From IMG/VR virus record IMGVR_UViG_3300005611_000096, positions 1 through 35,432 of that record: a DNA stretch of 35,432 bases. One strand, given 5' to 3'. The notes under the pieces are model-generated. The model was not told the origin of the DNA. It made no database searches and was given only the letters and a program-made list of their open reading frames with translations. The position numbers and the translations under genes were made by a program. Below, piece after piece: positions 9,025 through 19,782 of the stretch. This DNA is from a virus. Its lineage: Duplodnaviria; Caudoviricetes. Each line of letters begins with the position of its first letter. The stretch's first letter is position 1.

Positions 9025-11058
9025 TTATCCTATAGATGCTCCTTCAATAGTACTGCGTTCAAGCTCTTGTGCTGTTGATACATCAGACGCTACAACATAA
9101 GCTCTTAATGGTTTATCTTCGGCTTGTGATATTGTTTGAGCAAGTTGACTTGTTTGTGTTGCACCTACTACATTGAAGGCTGGAGCTGAAACTGAAGGTG
9201 TTCCTCCACCGCCACCGATATTTGCAGATGGAACTAAATTCTTAATTGCATTTTGTGCTGTTTTTCTTGCTTTAACTATAGAAGCTATCATTCCAACTAT
9301 AGAAGCTCCAAAAACAATAGGACCTGCAATAGCACCTAAATCTCTTATAAATGTAGGTAATGTTCCTGTTGCCTTTTGAGTATCAACTGCTGCGGTTGTT
9401 GCTGAATCTGTCATAAGTTTTGACGCTGACTGTTTAAGTAAATCTGCATTTATTTGAGATTCTATTTTAAATAGTTTTAAGTCCATTAATGCCTTACCCA
9501 TAGCAATAGTTTGTTGTAATGTAAACATATCTCTTTCTGCTTTAATTTTTCTTTTTTCAGCAGCTATTTCTCTTGCTTCTATTTCTTTTAATCTTTTATC
9601 TTTTTCTTGTTGTGTAAGAGAATCATTTTGTAACACCAAGTCTTTTTCTCTGTTTATTCTATCTATGTTAGCTTGATGATATGTTTGTTGAATTTCATTT
9701 AGTGATGAAAGGGTTGAAGTTACACTTGAGAAAATTTGATTTAAACCTTGTTGAGCTTGATTTACTTGCCTTAATATTATTCTTTGTGATTCCTCCCAAT
9801 CTCTAATAAATTCATCAGCAGTTTTGTAACTTAAAAAATCTTTGTATAATTTATCGAGAGTGTCTGAAAATTCATCGCTTTGTTCTAATAGATAATCTTT
9901 GTAATCAGATAAATCCTTTTCTCTTAAGTCTCTTACTTTTTCCACATATATCTGCCTTAATAAAAATTTATCTTCTTCTGTGGCATTCAAAGATTCTAAT
10001 TCTTCTAACTGTCTTTTAAACTCTAATTCAAGTAATTTATAATCACTTTCAGCTTTTAAATCTTCTAACTCGTTATAAAGTTCTTGTCTTTTCTTTTTTA
10101 ATTCATCACTATAAGTAACTTCTACTCCAAAAGATTCTTTTAATAATTCTATCTCTTTAGTTATGGTTTCAATTCTTTTTTGAGCATTTAAAGCATTTGT
10201 TCTTGCATCCCCTTGTAATTTTTTATTATTTTCGTTTCTTCCTATTTCAAGATTTAGAAGAGCTTCTTCCCTTTTAGTTTCTTGTTCATTTAAATCCAAA
10301 AGTTTATCTAACAAATTAATCCTATCAATTTGTAATATATTGTTGTCTCTTAATACCTTACCCTCTTTTATACCTGCTTCAGATAAAATTTCAGAAGCTA
10401 ATTGTAGAGCTGTCTCTGTATCTCCCAACTCTCTTGTTGTATCATTATACTTCTCAACTACACCTCTTAATGATTCAAAATCGGTTGAAAATGACTGAAT
10501 TTGTTTTTTTAAATCCACCGACCTTTGTTTTCTTAATTCTATGTTTTTTTGTAGTTCTTCATTTTCTTTTTCTAATGCTTTTCTTGCTTCATCTGTAGCA
10601 TTTTTTGATTTAAACAAATTTTCTCCAAAAGCATCAAGAAGTGCTATTAATGTTTGAAATGCTAATATAATTCCTAAAGGACCCATCAATTCTCTTCCTA
10701 ACATTTTAAAAGTTCTACCAACTCTTGCAAAACCCTTAACATTATCGTCTACCTTTCCAACCATTGTTATAAATAAAGTAGATAATTGAGATAGGTTGTT
10801 TGCTACACCTCTTATACCATAAGGTAAATCCGAAATAGTACGACCAAGTTCTGTAAGAGTAGCACCAGCTAAACCAGCATTTGTAGTCATACTTTCTCTT
10901 CCGCTTAAAGTATTGTTAAAGTTTTTACTTGCTAATTGAGCTTTTTTTAATTCAGAAGAGAATTTTTTTACACTAACTTCTGCCTTACCTATTTTATGAA
11001 CAACTTTGCCTTCGTCAAAGACAATTTGAAATATCATTTTATTTATTTCTGTAGCCAT
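9025..11058 (-). CDS. Tape measure protein
   Basis: 677 aa, coiled coil with hydrophobic segments; C-terminal PAFNVVG...RAYVVASDV motif. Confidence 0.75.
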   Translation of the reverse strand: MATEINKMIFQIVFDEGKVVHKIGKAEVSVKKFSSELKKAQLASKNFNNTLSGRESMTTNAGLAGATLTELGRTISDLPYGIRGVANNLSQLSTLFITMVGKVDDNVKGFARVGRTFKMLGRELMGPLGIILAFQTLIALLDAFGENLFKSKNATDEARKALEKENEELQKNIELRKQRSVDLKKQIQSFSTDFESLRGVVEKYNDTTRELGDTETALQLASEILSEAGIKEGKVLRDNNILQIDRINLLDKLLDLNEQETKREEALLNLEIGRNENNKKLQGDARTNALNAQKRIETITKEIELLKESFGVEVTYSDELKKKRQELYNELEDLKAESDYKLLELEFKRQLEELESLNATEEDKFLLRQIYVEKVRDLREKDLSDYKDYLLEQSDEFSDTLDKLYKDFLSYKTADEFIRDWEESQRIILRQVNQAQQGLNQIFSSVTSTLSSLNEIQQTYHQANIDRINREKDLVLQNDSLTQQEKDKRLKEIEAREIAAEKRKIKAERDMFTLQQTIAMGKALMDLKLFKIESQINADLLKQSASKLMTDSATTAAVDTQKATGTLPTFIRDLGAIAGPIVFGASIVGMIASIVKARKTAQNAIKNLVPSANIGGGGGTPSVSAPAFNVVGATQTSQLAQTISQAEDKPLRAYVVASDVSTAQELERSTIEGASIG

Positions 11059-11194
11059 ATCTATTGCGTTTAATGCTTTCTTTCATTTCTTTCCATGTAG
11101 TAGGAGATTTGTATCTTCCCTTTGCTACATCTATATAATAACTAACTCCATAAAAGTTATCTGTCTTTAATGCTTCTATTAATAATCTTATCAT
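11039..11194 (-). CDS. 51-aa hypothetical protein (not in ORF track)
   Basis: MIRLLIEALKTDNFYGVSYYIDVAKGRYKSPTTWKEMKESIKRNRYGYRNK; TAATG coupling to the upstream gene. Confidence 0.65.
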   Translation of the reverse strand: MIRLLIEALKTDNFYGVSYYIDVAKGRYKSPTTWKEMKESIKRNRYGYRNK

Positions 11195-14169
11195 TATTCG
11201 TCTGTTTGGTCTGCTGTTATAATTCCACTATCTACATATATATCTGTTGCATCTACTGTTAATGTTCCTTCTGCTGGAGGTGCAATTGGTGATGATTCAG
11301 CAACACAATCTGCATTGTATATTAAATTATCTTCACCTCCCATATATCCGTGATTGTAACACTCATAACTAATTGTTCCAAAATCACCATTTACAGTTAC
11401 AGTTACTGTGCCTGAATAATAAGTATATGTATTTCCATCAAGTCCTGCTTTTGTTCCTCCTGTAGTAGTACCTGTATAACTTATCCTATCTTCTTTACCA
11501 AAATTATGGAAAGCTATTGGATGTGCTGCTGGTACATTGTTTAAGACATAAGTTCCTTGTCCCATTTGATAAGCTCCATACTTATTGTCAAAATAATATA
11601 TATTCCCTGCTGATGTTGCTTCTACACTTACATCAAATTCTCCTGATAAACAAGAGAAAGATTTTATAGAATAATATCTCTGTAACTCTAAATTAGACTT
11701 ACCATTTACTAAATTTACATCTATTTTGTTTATACTATAAGTTTTACCAGATATTCTTATTTTATCAGCTAAAGAGAATTTAGATAAGAAAGCATTTGTT
11801 AAATTAGCTTTTACTTTAACAAGTCTTGATTTTACATCAAATAAGTGTGTAATGTAGTTCTTATAGTATAAATTAAATAAATTATTTATATTACTTGATT
11901 CTCCTGACTCATATACTCTATATTCATCTATTTCTTGACCAAAGTGATTAGATAGAGAATTTTTGTCAGTATTTATTGAATTTAGTGGTATAAAATAATT
12001 TGTTATACCTCCTGTTGCAGTTACATAAGAAGTAAATCCTGTTGCATTTCTTGATAGATAAGGTATTTGAGTTCCACTTGTTTTTAGTTCTGGATAAAAC
12101 AATAATGGTTTTCCAATATGTGGATTGTATTTTTGCTCTTCAAAAGAAGATGATGTTGAACCAGTATTTCTTTCAGCATTTCCTTTTTTTATACTATAAC
12201 CAACTTGCAAATCCGTTAAAGTTCCGTCTGTTGAATTTCTTAATCTTTCAAACTTCATATGAGCAAAAGGTGGTTTTATTTCATATTTCTTCTCACCTCT
12301 TGATTGTGGAGCATCCCATCTTTCACCTCCCCACTCTAAACCAAATTGATTTTTATGTTGGTCAGCAAGTATAGCTTCTGTATCCTCATATTTAAATTCT
12401 ATTTGACTATATGGCAAAACTCTTTCTACAGAAGCAGAAGTAATATCTATTTTATCAGTTATATCAAGTTCGTTGTTAGAAGATGAGTAATAAGCATCAA
12501 ATGTCATTACTCTAATTCTTTTTGTATTAGATTGACCATATGTATAACTTGTATTTGTTTCACCTTCTACATAACAAACTAAATTAAACATTTTAAACAA
12601 ACCAGATAAAAAGTCTATTATTGTCATATCAGGCATATTGTTTCTAATAGAAAAGAACCCATCTCCTGCAACTATATCTATAGCTCCAGCACCAATTGTA
12701 TCTTCCGCAACGTCATAATCATCAGTATCAAACAATGTCTCAAATTTTGCTTGAAAACCACCACTAAAATCTATAGCAACACTATCATCTGTAATTATTA
12801 CAAATTCATATTCTCCATCTTGTTGTACGTCAAAATACAATGTTTTAGTTCCTGTATTACCAATAAATGATTCTAAAACAGAACCGTTTCTTAATACATT
12901 TACATTGTATGAAGAACTTGTATTTGGTGTTGATAAAGTAAACTTACAAATTACTCTCTCAACAGGTGTATTATCTATTCCAGAAACTATAATTTTATTA
13001 CCAGTAGAACCAGATGTTGAACCTAATGAATCTACTGCAGTAATTGTGTAAATAGGCGTTTGATAACCAGAAGAGTTTAAACTCACATAATTTGTACCTA
13101 TTGTAAATGTGTTTACTTTTGTTTCTTTTGGTGTTGAACTAAATAAAGATGTTTCTTCTACATCATTATTAAGCCACATATATAATTTATAGTAATCTTC
13201 ATTTGCAGTATTGAAGAAATCAGTAGAAAACTCTATGTTTGCTGTATTAGAGTCTTTATTTACTTTTTTCTCAATAGCTCTAACTATCTCATCAATTCTT
13301 ATTGCAGGTTTCAAGTATTCGAACTTAAGTCCATTAGCATTATCATCAGCAACATAAGTGGGTCCAAAATATAAATTACCATCATTAAGTTCACCATAAA
13401 AATTTGTATCACTTGAATAATATAACCTTTCTGTTGTAGATATTAACGGAACAACTATTGGTTGTGTAAAAAACAGTCTTGTTGTTATACTTCCTGAAGA
13501 AGGAGCAGTTGTAAATGTTATTGTACCTTCATTTCTGTCATAAGTGTAATTGCTTGATGTTTCTTCTACATCATTTATATATACTCTAAAATCATCTTTA
13601 GAGCGAGGGTAAGGATTATAGTTAATTAAATTAAATTTCTTTTTTATACCATTACCACTTCCTATTTGCATTGCAGTTGAATCAAGGAAGTTTTTGCTAC
13701 TTGTCAAATAATCATAAAAAGCATCATTATTTGAACCATCGTAAGCTTTGTTTCTTATATCAAACTCATCTAAAAAGTCAAGGTCTCTTAATTTAAGATT
13801 ATTAAACAATTCTTTTAATGTTCTTAAATTACCATAGAAAGTTATTTTATAAGCATTCGCTTTATTGTACTTCATATCTACACTATCAAGTGTAATATAT
13901 CCTTCTCTAAAAGGTCTATCATTTATTTCTATTCTTGCTTCTTTTGCAGACCTTGCATCAAAACCTCCTTCTACAATATCATAATCGTAGAAGTGTTTAA
14001 ATACTTTATTATTTCTTGATGTAGCAGGAAGAGAAAAGTTTCTCGTAAAGTCAGTAAATAGTTTGTCAGGACTACGAAAATCCTTTATAGAACTTACTAG
14101 GTTTATTGAACCATCTTGAAAAACATCAACCTGTTCATTTTCTATATAGAGTTGTATTCTTTGGTTCAT
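11194..14169 (-). CDS. Tail tip / baseplate hub protein with C-terminal cupredoxin-like domain
   Basis: 991 aa; FTRNFSLPATSRNNKVFKH N-terminus; PDMTIIDFLSGLFKMFNL; C-terminal HP...YECYNHGYMGG. Confidence 0.7.
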   Translation of the reverse strand: MNQRIQLYIENEQVDVFQDGSINLVSSIKDFRSPDKLFTDFTRNFSLPATSRNNKVFKHFYDYDIVEGGFDARSAKEARIEINDRPFREGYITLDSVDMKYNKANAYKITFYGNLRTLKELFNNLKLRDLDFLDEFDIRNKAYDGSNNDAFYDYLTSSKNFLDSTAMQIGSGNGIKKKFNLINYNPYPRSKDDFRVYINDVEETSSNYTYDRNEGTITFTTAPSSGSITTRLFFTQPIVVPLISTTERLYYSSDTNFYGELNDGNLYFGPTYVADDNANGLKFEYLKPAIRIDEIVRAIEKKVNKDSNTANIEFSTDFFNTANEDYYKLYMWLNNDVEETSLFSSTPKETKVNTFTIGTNYVSLNSSGYQTPIYTITAVDSLGSTSGSTGNKIIVSGIDNTPVERVICKFTLSTPNTSSSYNVNVLRNGSVLESFIGNTGTKTLYFDVQQDGEYEFVIITDDSVAIDFSGGFQAKFETLFDTDDYDVAEDTIGAGAIDIVAGDGFFSIRNNMPDMTIIDFLSGLFKMFNLVCYVEGETNTSYTYGQSNTKRIRVMTFDAYYSSSNNELDITDKIDITSASVERVLPYSQIEFKYEDTEAILADQHKNQFGLEWGGERWDAPQSRGEKKYEIKPPFAHMKFERLRNSTDGTLTDLQVGYSIKKGNAERNTGSTSSSFEEQKYNPHIGKPLLFYPELKTSGTQIPYLSRNATGFTSYVTATGGITNYFIPLNSINTDKNSLSNHFGQEIDEYRVYESGESSNINNLFNLYYKNYITHLFDVKSRLVKVKANLTNAFLSKFSLADKIRISGKTYSINKIDVNLVNGKSNLELQRYYSIKSFSCLSGEFDVSVEATSAGNIYYFDNKYGAYQMGQGTYVLNNVPAAHPIAFHNFGKEDRISYTGTTTGGTKAGLDGNTYTYYSGTVTVTVNGDFGTISYECYNHGYMGGEDNLIYNADCVAESSPIAPPAEGTLTVDATDIYVDSGIITADQTDE

Positions 14170-15239
14170 TATCTAATATTGTTGATTCCATCAAATGCGT
14201 ATTCAAATTTAACAGTATAATTTACAAGTTTGTCGTTTAGATGTGTTTTATAATTAAAGCTACTATCTTTTATGTTTATAGGAACAGTTCTGTTTTCTTC
14301 TGTAATCCAAACATCTTCTGATTGAAATAATTGTCTCATTACTTCATTAAATTCTTCTTTTAGAAATCCAGTGTTTAATGTAAGTGATTTTTGTGTACTT
14401 ACATCTTGAACTATATTTGAAGGATTATATTGGTTATAAGAAACTCCTGATGAAGATGATGTTATTGTACTTGTAGTAAAGTTATCTCTTTTTACATTTA
14501 AATCATCTGTTCTTTTCTTATTAAAATATAAATCTTGTACTGCACCAAATTTATTTATAAACGATATTTTATAATTTGTGTATTTAGGTTCACAAGTAAA
14601 TATTGGATATATTGTTTCTATAGCATTTCCTGTTTGACTATTATATGTTGAAGAAGAAGTATTTGATGAAACAATTTCTATTTTACTTGCTTGAATTGTA
14701 GTTGAAATATATCTAATATAACTATTAGAATCTGAATTTCCAGGATTTCCTGTAATTGGTGAAACAGTTACACCTCTTACTTCCGTCTCATTACCTGAAC
14801 TATCTTTTGTGTAGAATATAACGTTTTTAACTCCATTTGGTCCTCTATATACTGGTATAAAATATTCTATATTTTCAGGTATATATAAATGAGTATTACT
14901 AAACATTTTAGATGATGTTAATGGTGAATTTATACCATCTTCAAAGTAAGTATATCCTTTTGTTGCTATGCCATACGCTGTTGAAGTAGTAGGTGTTAAA
15001 AGGTCACTATATTGATTTGTCTTTGTATAATACCACCAACAAGTAGTTTTTATATTATTGTAATCATTATTAAACTCAACATTAATATAATCTTGTACAA
15101 GCTCTCCTATTTCAAATCTTATTACATTGTTTGAGTCAGGATTTTTTTTTGTTATAGTATATTGAGCTTCTGTTGGTGCAGGAGTATAACTTCCAGTCCA
15201 GCAATACAATTTTAAAGTAGAACTTGTTAGTGTTGCCAT
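14169..15239 (-). CDS. Distal tail / baseplate structural protein
   Basis: CEPKY..ISFINKFGAVQ and LTLNTGF motifs; coupled to the hub gene. Confidence 0.6.
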   Translation of the reverse strand: MATLTSSTLKLYCWTGSYTPAPTEAQYTITKKNPDSNNVIRFEIGELVQDYINVEFNNDYNNIKTTCWWYYTKTNQYSDLLTPTTSTAYGIATKGYTYFEDGINSPLTSSKMFSNTHLYIPENIEYFIPVYRGPNGVKNVIFYTKDSSGNETEVRGVTVSPITGNPGNSDSNSYIRYISTTIQASKIEIVSSNTSSSTYNSQTGNAIETIYPIFTCEPKYTNYKISFINKFGAVQDLYFNKKRTDDLNVKRDNFTTSTITSSSSGVSYNQYNPSNIVQDVSTQKSLTLNTGFLKEEFNEVMRQLFQSEDVWITEENRTVPINIKDSSFNYKTHLNDKLVNYTVKFEYAFDGINNIR

Positions 15240-15256
15240 TGTTTATTCTTTCTTAT

Positions 15257-15280
15257 ATAACTAAAATATAATTTTTAGTA
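15257..15280 (-). promoter_or_regulatory. Putative late promoter (TACT-N15-GTTAT)
   Basis: Intergenic motif match. Confidence 0.4.
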
Positions 15281-15292
15281 TTACTGAATACT

Positions 15293-18200
15293 TTAACAAA
15301 ATATAACATCATAAACTTGACCTTCAGGAACAGGGTCAGAAAAACTTGAACTTCTACCTATACTAAATACTATATTAGTTTCTGTCTTGTGAAATGAGTT
15401 AGAATATATAGTGCTATAACGATTTGATAATCCAGCGTCAGAATATAAATATACACCATCTCCAAATGTACCTGTATAATATACAGTTTGTGGAAAAGTA
15501 TCTATTTCTTCACAAGCATCATTATCATCAGACCTTACACTTGTAGATATTCTAATTGCTTTAACATCTGTTGGTGTTTCTTCATCAGGTGGTGCTGGAG
15601 GATTTACTGCAGCATCACAAGTATCACAATTGTCATATCTAACTAAATCTTCAATGTTTATTGTTGTTGTTGCTGATGTAGAACTTGATTCCTCATAACA
15701 AACTCCATTATATTCAACAGTAGGAAATAATGTTGACCATTCATTAGCAGTTAAATTATTCACACTTCCAAACACAATTGTTTGTTGACTATCATTACAC
15801 TGTTCATATCTTCTTCTATATGGAAGACCTGTTACTGGAGGAGCAGTAGAACCACCTATACAAGTATCACAATCGTTAAAAGGAGTCCAAAATAAATCTT
15901 CAAGCACAGATGCGTTAGAACTATAAGCTCTAATATCTCCAATGTTGTTGTGTAATTCATAAACTCTATGCCTACAAGTTTGAGTATTAGCACCAGCTCT
16001 TAACACATTTGGAAGAGCTGAATTAGATACAACATAAAACAATGCTCCTCCTGTACTTCCACATAATCTATAAGCACCATAATATTTGTTAGGGTCAACT
16101 ACAACTTCTTCCTCTACAGTTATATCACCAACACAAGATTCACAAGTTCCATAAGGTTGTAGTCTTTCAATGTCTGATGTTTGTAAAGTAAAGTTTGGTG
16201 TTGGTAAGGTGTAACTGTCTGCATATATCTCTATTATTTCATAACAACCAGCACCTCCTGATTGACCGAAATCTTTAAAGCTTAATATCTGATTCAATTG
16301 ATATTCAAAATTATCAAATATTATATATTCTATTGCTCCTGGACTTGTTTGATTTGGACATCTTCTAACAGCAACTTTTTGAATATCAGTTGTCGGTTGA
16401 CTAACTGGAGGTCCTTCACAACCATAATTTATACAAGGTCCTGGAATACCATTTGCTTCTATATATCTATAATTATTATTTGTACCTGTTGTGCTATTAG
16501 AATAAGTTCCTGCCGATAAAGAAGGTGATGAAGAACCTTCTGGGTTACTAAAGAATTTAGTACCTACACAAAAATCAGTTACAGCATTTCTATCGCCATA
16601 TATTGTTACTGTTGTACCTGAAGTACAAGCTGTATCACTTGCAGAACCTGTGGCTGCATATCTTAATGTAAAACTTGGTCTATCTTGCCAAGTTATTTGT
16701 TTGTCATCATCTGCAGTTTCATCTGTAACACCATCACCACTAACCTTACAATTGTAATAAACGTCTCCAGCAGTTGTTTGTGTTTCACCTCCACCGCCAA
16801 TTTCATTTATAATAAGTGTTGATGAAGTTTCTCCTGATATATCAGAAAGATTTCCTTCTGAACTTCCTTTTTGCCATTGATAAGTAGGATTTGTTATGTT
16901 TTGAATAACAGCAGTTAATACAGTTCTTTGTGATACAAAAGCAAATCCTTGATTATTACCATCCTCTGTTGACATATTAATTGTAACTTTAGGAGTTAAA
17001 GTAATAGTTGTATCAGGTTCAGAGTCAGTGCCACAAACAAATATTCTTGAAACATATCCAGGAGGATAACTTAATATTAAAACATAATGATTTTGAGGAT
17101 TATTATTTGTGTCAAATAGTATAAATTTATGCCACTGGTCAACTCCACCAAAAAGACTTGATAAATTATTTTGTGAATCTTTTTGTGTATATAATGAAGT
17201 TCCTTCTGTTATAGACCCATTATAATACACCTCTGTATCTGCATTTAAATCACAAGCGTTATTTCCACCTGGACCAGGTATTTCTATTGATGTTGAAGAT
17301 ATTATAGCTGGATTAGGAACTGTGGTTGATTCTTCAACTATTTCTGTTTCTTCTCCTGTAGCACATTCTACATAAGCACTAATTCTACCATCTGCTACTG
17401 CTCCAATTATTCCATTATTGTTAGTACCTATTTTATAATATCTACCATCACTTGCATAAGGAGTTTCTAATGATTGGTCACTAAATAAAGTTACACCATT
17501 ACCAATAGCTGTTTGTCCATCAAGTAAAACAAAATAAGCTGTTTCTACTGCATCATCAGCACAAGCTAAAGTATCACTAGTTCTTCCTACTATAGAAACC
17601 AAAACTGAATCTGGTGTTTCTTGAGGTGTTTCATCATATATTTTTACAGAAGTAGATACTGTTGGACTTATATCATCTAATGTTAATGTAAATGTTTCGA
17701 ACGGAAGCTCACTTGTTGAATCTCTTCTTGCTTCAAACTCTTGTACTGCTGTATTATTAAATATTTGAAATGAACCTGTTAGACTATTTCTAACTAAATC
17801 ATCAGCAGAAACTCCTGTTATTGTAAAAGGTACTGATGAATTATTAGGTACGTTTTGTGTAGTTAATGTTATAGTAAACGGACTTCCCTCTGTTGCTGAT
17901 GTAACACTTCTTGTAAGTATATATGTATCATTTAAATCAAGAGTACCTGATAATGTTGAAGTCAAATCAACATCAACTGCAGGTGTTGGTATTGTACCAC
18001 TAAAACTTGCTGTTGAAGCTGCAAGTGCAGGGTCTGCTGTATAACCTGATGCTACAGATAAAGCAATATCAAAACTATATGTATCACCTGCGATACCCGT
18101 AACACTATATGTTGAAGTTTTACTTTTAACTAAAGTTTCTACTGTCTCTGATATGTTTGTTGCATTTTTTGTAACTGTACCAGAGTAACCAGCAGATGAA

Positions 18201-18622
18201 AAAGAAGGTAATATGTTATTAGTTATTGTTAGTGTTACTGTCTTTTGTTCTGTTGTAGCAAAATCAACATTAAATGCAGAAGATGTAACTGTTGTTCCAT
18301 CTGGTGATGTAGCACTTACTGTATAAGAAAATTGTTGTTGTGATGCACCTCCTCCTTGCGTTTCAGTAAATACAATATCTTGACTTGTTCCTGAAGCACT
18401 ACCACCAGACCAATTATAAACTCCTCCTGAAGGAATAAAATTAACTGGTTTTGCACGAAGGGTTATATCTGTATCAAACACTCCTGAACCAGGACTTGTT
18501 CTTTCTGTTCCATCTGCATCAACTTGTACTATGTTTATAGATAACGCTTGTTCAGGTGTTCCTTCTGCTCCTGATGATGTTATAAAATACGGACTTCTTG
18601 AATTTACTTTAACTGTTGCCAT
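15293..18622 (-). CDS. Large multi-domain virion adhesin/fibre (Ig-like domains plus Cys-rich repeats)
   Basis: 1109 aa, S/T/G-rich beta domains, repeated AC..T.Y..G..LY modules, three CxxC repeats. Confidence 0.65.
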   Translation of the reverse strand: MATVKVNSRSPYFITSSGAEGTPEQALSINIVQVDADGTERTSPGSGVFDTDITLRAKPVNFIPSGGVYNWSGGSASGTSQDIVFTETQGGGASQQQFSYTVSATSPDGTTVTSSAFNVDFATTEQKTVTLTITNNILPSFSSAGYSGTVTKNATNISETVETLVKSKTSTYSVTGIAGDTYSFDIALSVASGYTADPALAASTASFSGTIPTPAVDVDLTSTLSGTLDLNDTYILTRSVTSATEGSPFTITLTTQNVPNNSSVPFTITGVSADDLVRNSLTGSFQIFNNTAVQEFEARRDSTSELPFETFTLTLDDISPTVSTSVKIYDETPQETPDSVLVSIVGRTSDTLACADDAVETAYFVLLDGQTAIGNGVTLFSDQSLETPYASDGRYYKIGTNNNGIIGAVADGRISAYVECATGEETEIVEESTTVPNPAIISSTSIEIPGPGGNNACDLNADTEVYYNGSITEGTSLYTQKDSQNNLSSLFGGVDQWHKFILFDTNNNPQNHYVLILSYPPGYVSRIFVCGTDSEPDTTITLTPKVTINMSTEDGNNQGFAFVSQRTVLTAVIQNITNPTYQWQKGSSEGNLSDISGETSSTLIINEIGGGGETQTTAGDVYYNCKVSGDGVTDETADDDKQITWQDRPSFTLRYAATGSASDTACTSGTTVTIYGDRNAVTDFCVGTKFFSNPEGSSSPSLSAGTYSNSTTGTNNNYRYIEANGIPGPCINYGCEGPPVSQPTTDIQKVAVRRCPNQTSPGAIEYIIFDNFEYQLNQILSFKDFGQSGGAGCYEIIEIYADSYTLPTPNFTLQTSDIERLQPYGTCESCVGDITVEEEVVVDPNKYYGAYRLCGSTGGALFYVVSNSALPNVLRAGANTQTCRHRVYELHNNIGDIRAYSSNASVLEDLFWTPFNDCDTCIGGSTAPPVTGLPYRRRYEQCNDSQQTIVFGSVNNLTANEWSTLFPTVEYNGVCYEESSSTSATTTINIEDLVRYDNCDTCDAAVNPPAPPDEETPTDVKAIRISTSVRSDDNDACEEIDTFPQTVYYTGTFGDGVYLYSDAGLSNRYSTIYSNSFHKTETNIVFSIGRSSSFSDPVPEGQVYDVIFC

Positions 18623-19064
18623 TTAACTGTTCATTTATATCTTTTAAATAACTCTCTTCTATATCTTTTGTTAAAGATACCATAATATTTTTACTTACAA
18701 AATCAATAAATTTAGAACCTTGATATCCAAATCTCTGAATTGTACCTTTCTCTGCTATTGACCTTGCAATCATCCAAGCAATATCTTTTGGTCTTTTATA
18801 TTTAGGATTTATAGGCTGAAGGTTTCTTGATTCTACCCATTGTAATATTTTATTTCTTGGTGGCATTTTTCCTGGTCCTCTTCCTTCTTCTACAAATATT
18901 CCATAATCTTCAGCAAATATATTGATGCCTGTTTGAGTTACTACACCATAAATACTATTTTGAAGTTTACCTGATGCAACCAAACCTTGCTGTGCAAGGC
19001 GGTCTTTTAGTTGGGTTACAATTTTTTCTTTGTATTGTTCTAATGTAGCTTGAACTCTTTTCAT
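18609..19064 (-). CDS. Tail completion / neck protein (HK97 gp10-like)
   Basis: ASGKLQNSI, YGIFVEEGR.PGKMPP, IARSIAEKG motifs; TAATG coupling. Confidence 0.65.
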   Translation of the reverse strand: MKRVQATLEQYKEKIVTQLKDRLAQQGLVASGKLQNSIYGVVTQTGINIFAEDYGIFVEEGRGPGKMPPRNKILQWVESRNLQPINPKYKRPKDIAWMIARSIAEKGTIQRFGYQGSKFIDFVSKNIMVSLTKDIEESYLKDINEQLNGNS

Positions 19065-19525
19065 TAACAAAGAGATAATTCATTGGTTGGTACTTCTATG
19101 TTTACTGTTACTCCCCATCCAGCTAATTGATTCTCGAAGTTATCTTGAAATGGTTCTGCAGTTACACTTGTAGTAATTTGAAAGTTATCAGAGAAAGCAT
19201 CTCCTCTTCTCATTTCTTGTTGCAAATCATTTACCACCTGTAGTTGAGTGTTTAGGATGTCTTGTAAGTTGTCATTTCCAAACATCATATCTTCAGTTTG
19301 TTTTTCCTTTGTTATATCTACTACGTCTAAACATAATATTCTAATAGAAGCTGACATGATGCGTTCATTAAAAGTTACATTTCCAAACACAATATGAGAT
19401 AATGGAAATATAGAAGTCTTGTTTAAATCAACTTCTGTTATGTCACCGAAAGTGACGGTTTTAGTTATTCCATTTGCTCTTAATATTTCTTTTAGTTTGT
19501 CTAATACTGTATAAACTTGTCTCAT
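19064..19525 (-). CDS. Tail terminator-like protein
   Basis: 153 aa; FPLSHI and LAGWGVTVNIEVP motifs; position in the tail operon. Confidence 0.55.
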   Translation of the reverse strand: MRQVYTVLDKLKEILRANGITKTVTFGDITEVDLNKTSIFPLSHIVFGNVTFNERIMSASIRILCLDVVDITKEKQTEDMMFGNDNLQDILNTQLQVVNDLQQEMRRGDAFSDNFQITTSVTAEPFQDNFENQLAGWGVTVNIEVPTNELSLC

Positions 19526-19782
19526 TTTAAATTCTGTTTTATCATTTTACTTTCTAATTCGTTTTTCTCCTTCTCAAACTCTAACCAAGTTAAACATTGA
19601 GAAATGGGGAGTTTTGTAACTTCTTCAAATTTTCTGACATCTCCTCCAGCGAGTGCGTAAATTGATTGATACCAACCCCACTTTGCTCCAAATGTTGCTT
19701 GAAATCCGAGTCCGCCTTCAGTTGATTCGCCAAAGAGTCCATCAAATGTTTCGACAATTCGGTCCCTAAACTGTAAAAAAAA
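19522..19782 (-). CDS. -1 frameshift extension of the tail assembly chaperone (gpGT-like C-terminus)
   Basis: Slippery T TTT TTT at 19782..19776; -1 frame reads LQFRDRIVETF...KWGWYQSIYALAGGD...EFEKEK...QNLK to a TGA overlapping the next ATG. Confidence 0.75.
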   Translation of the reverse strand, partial: FFLQFRDRIVETFDGLFGESTEGGLGFQATFGAKWGWYQSIYALAGGDVRKFEEVTKLPISQCLTWLEFEKEKNELESKMIKQNLK

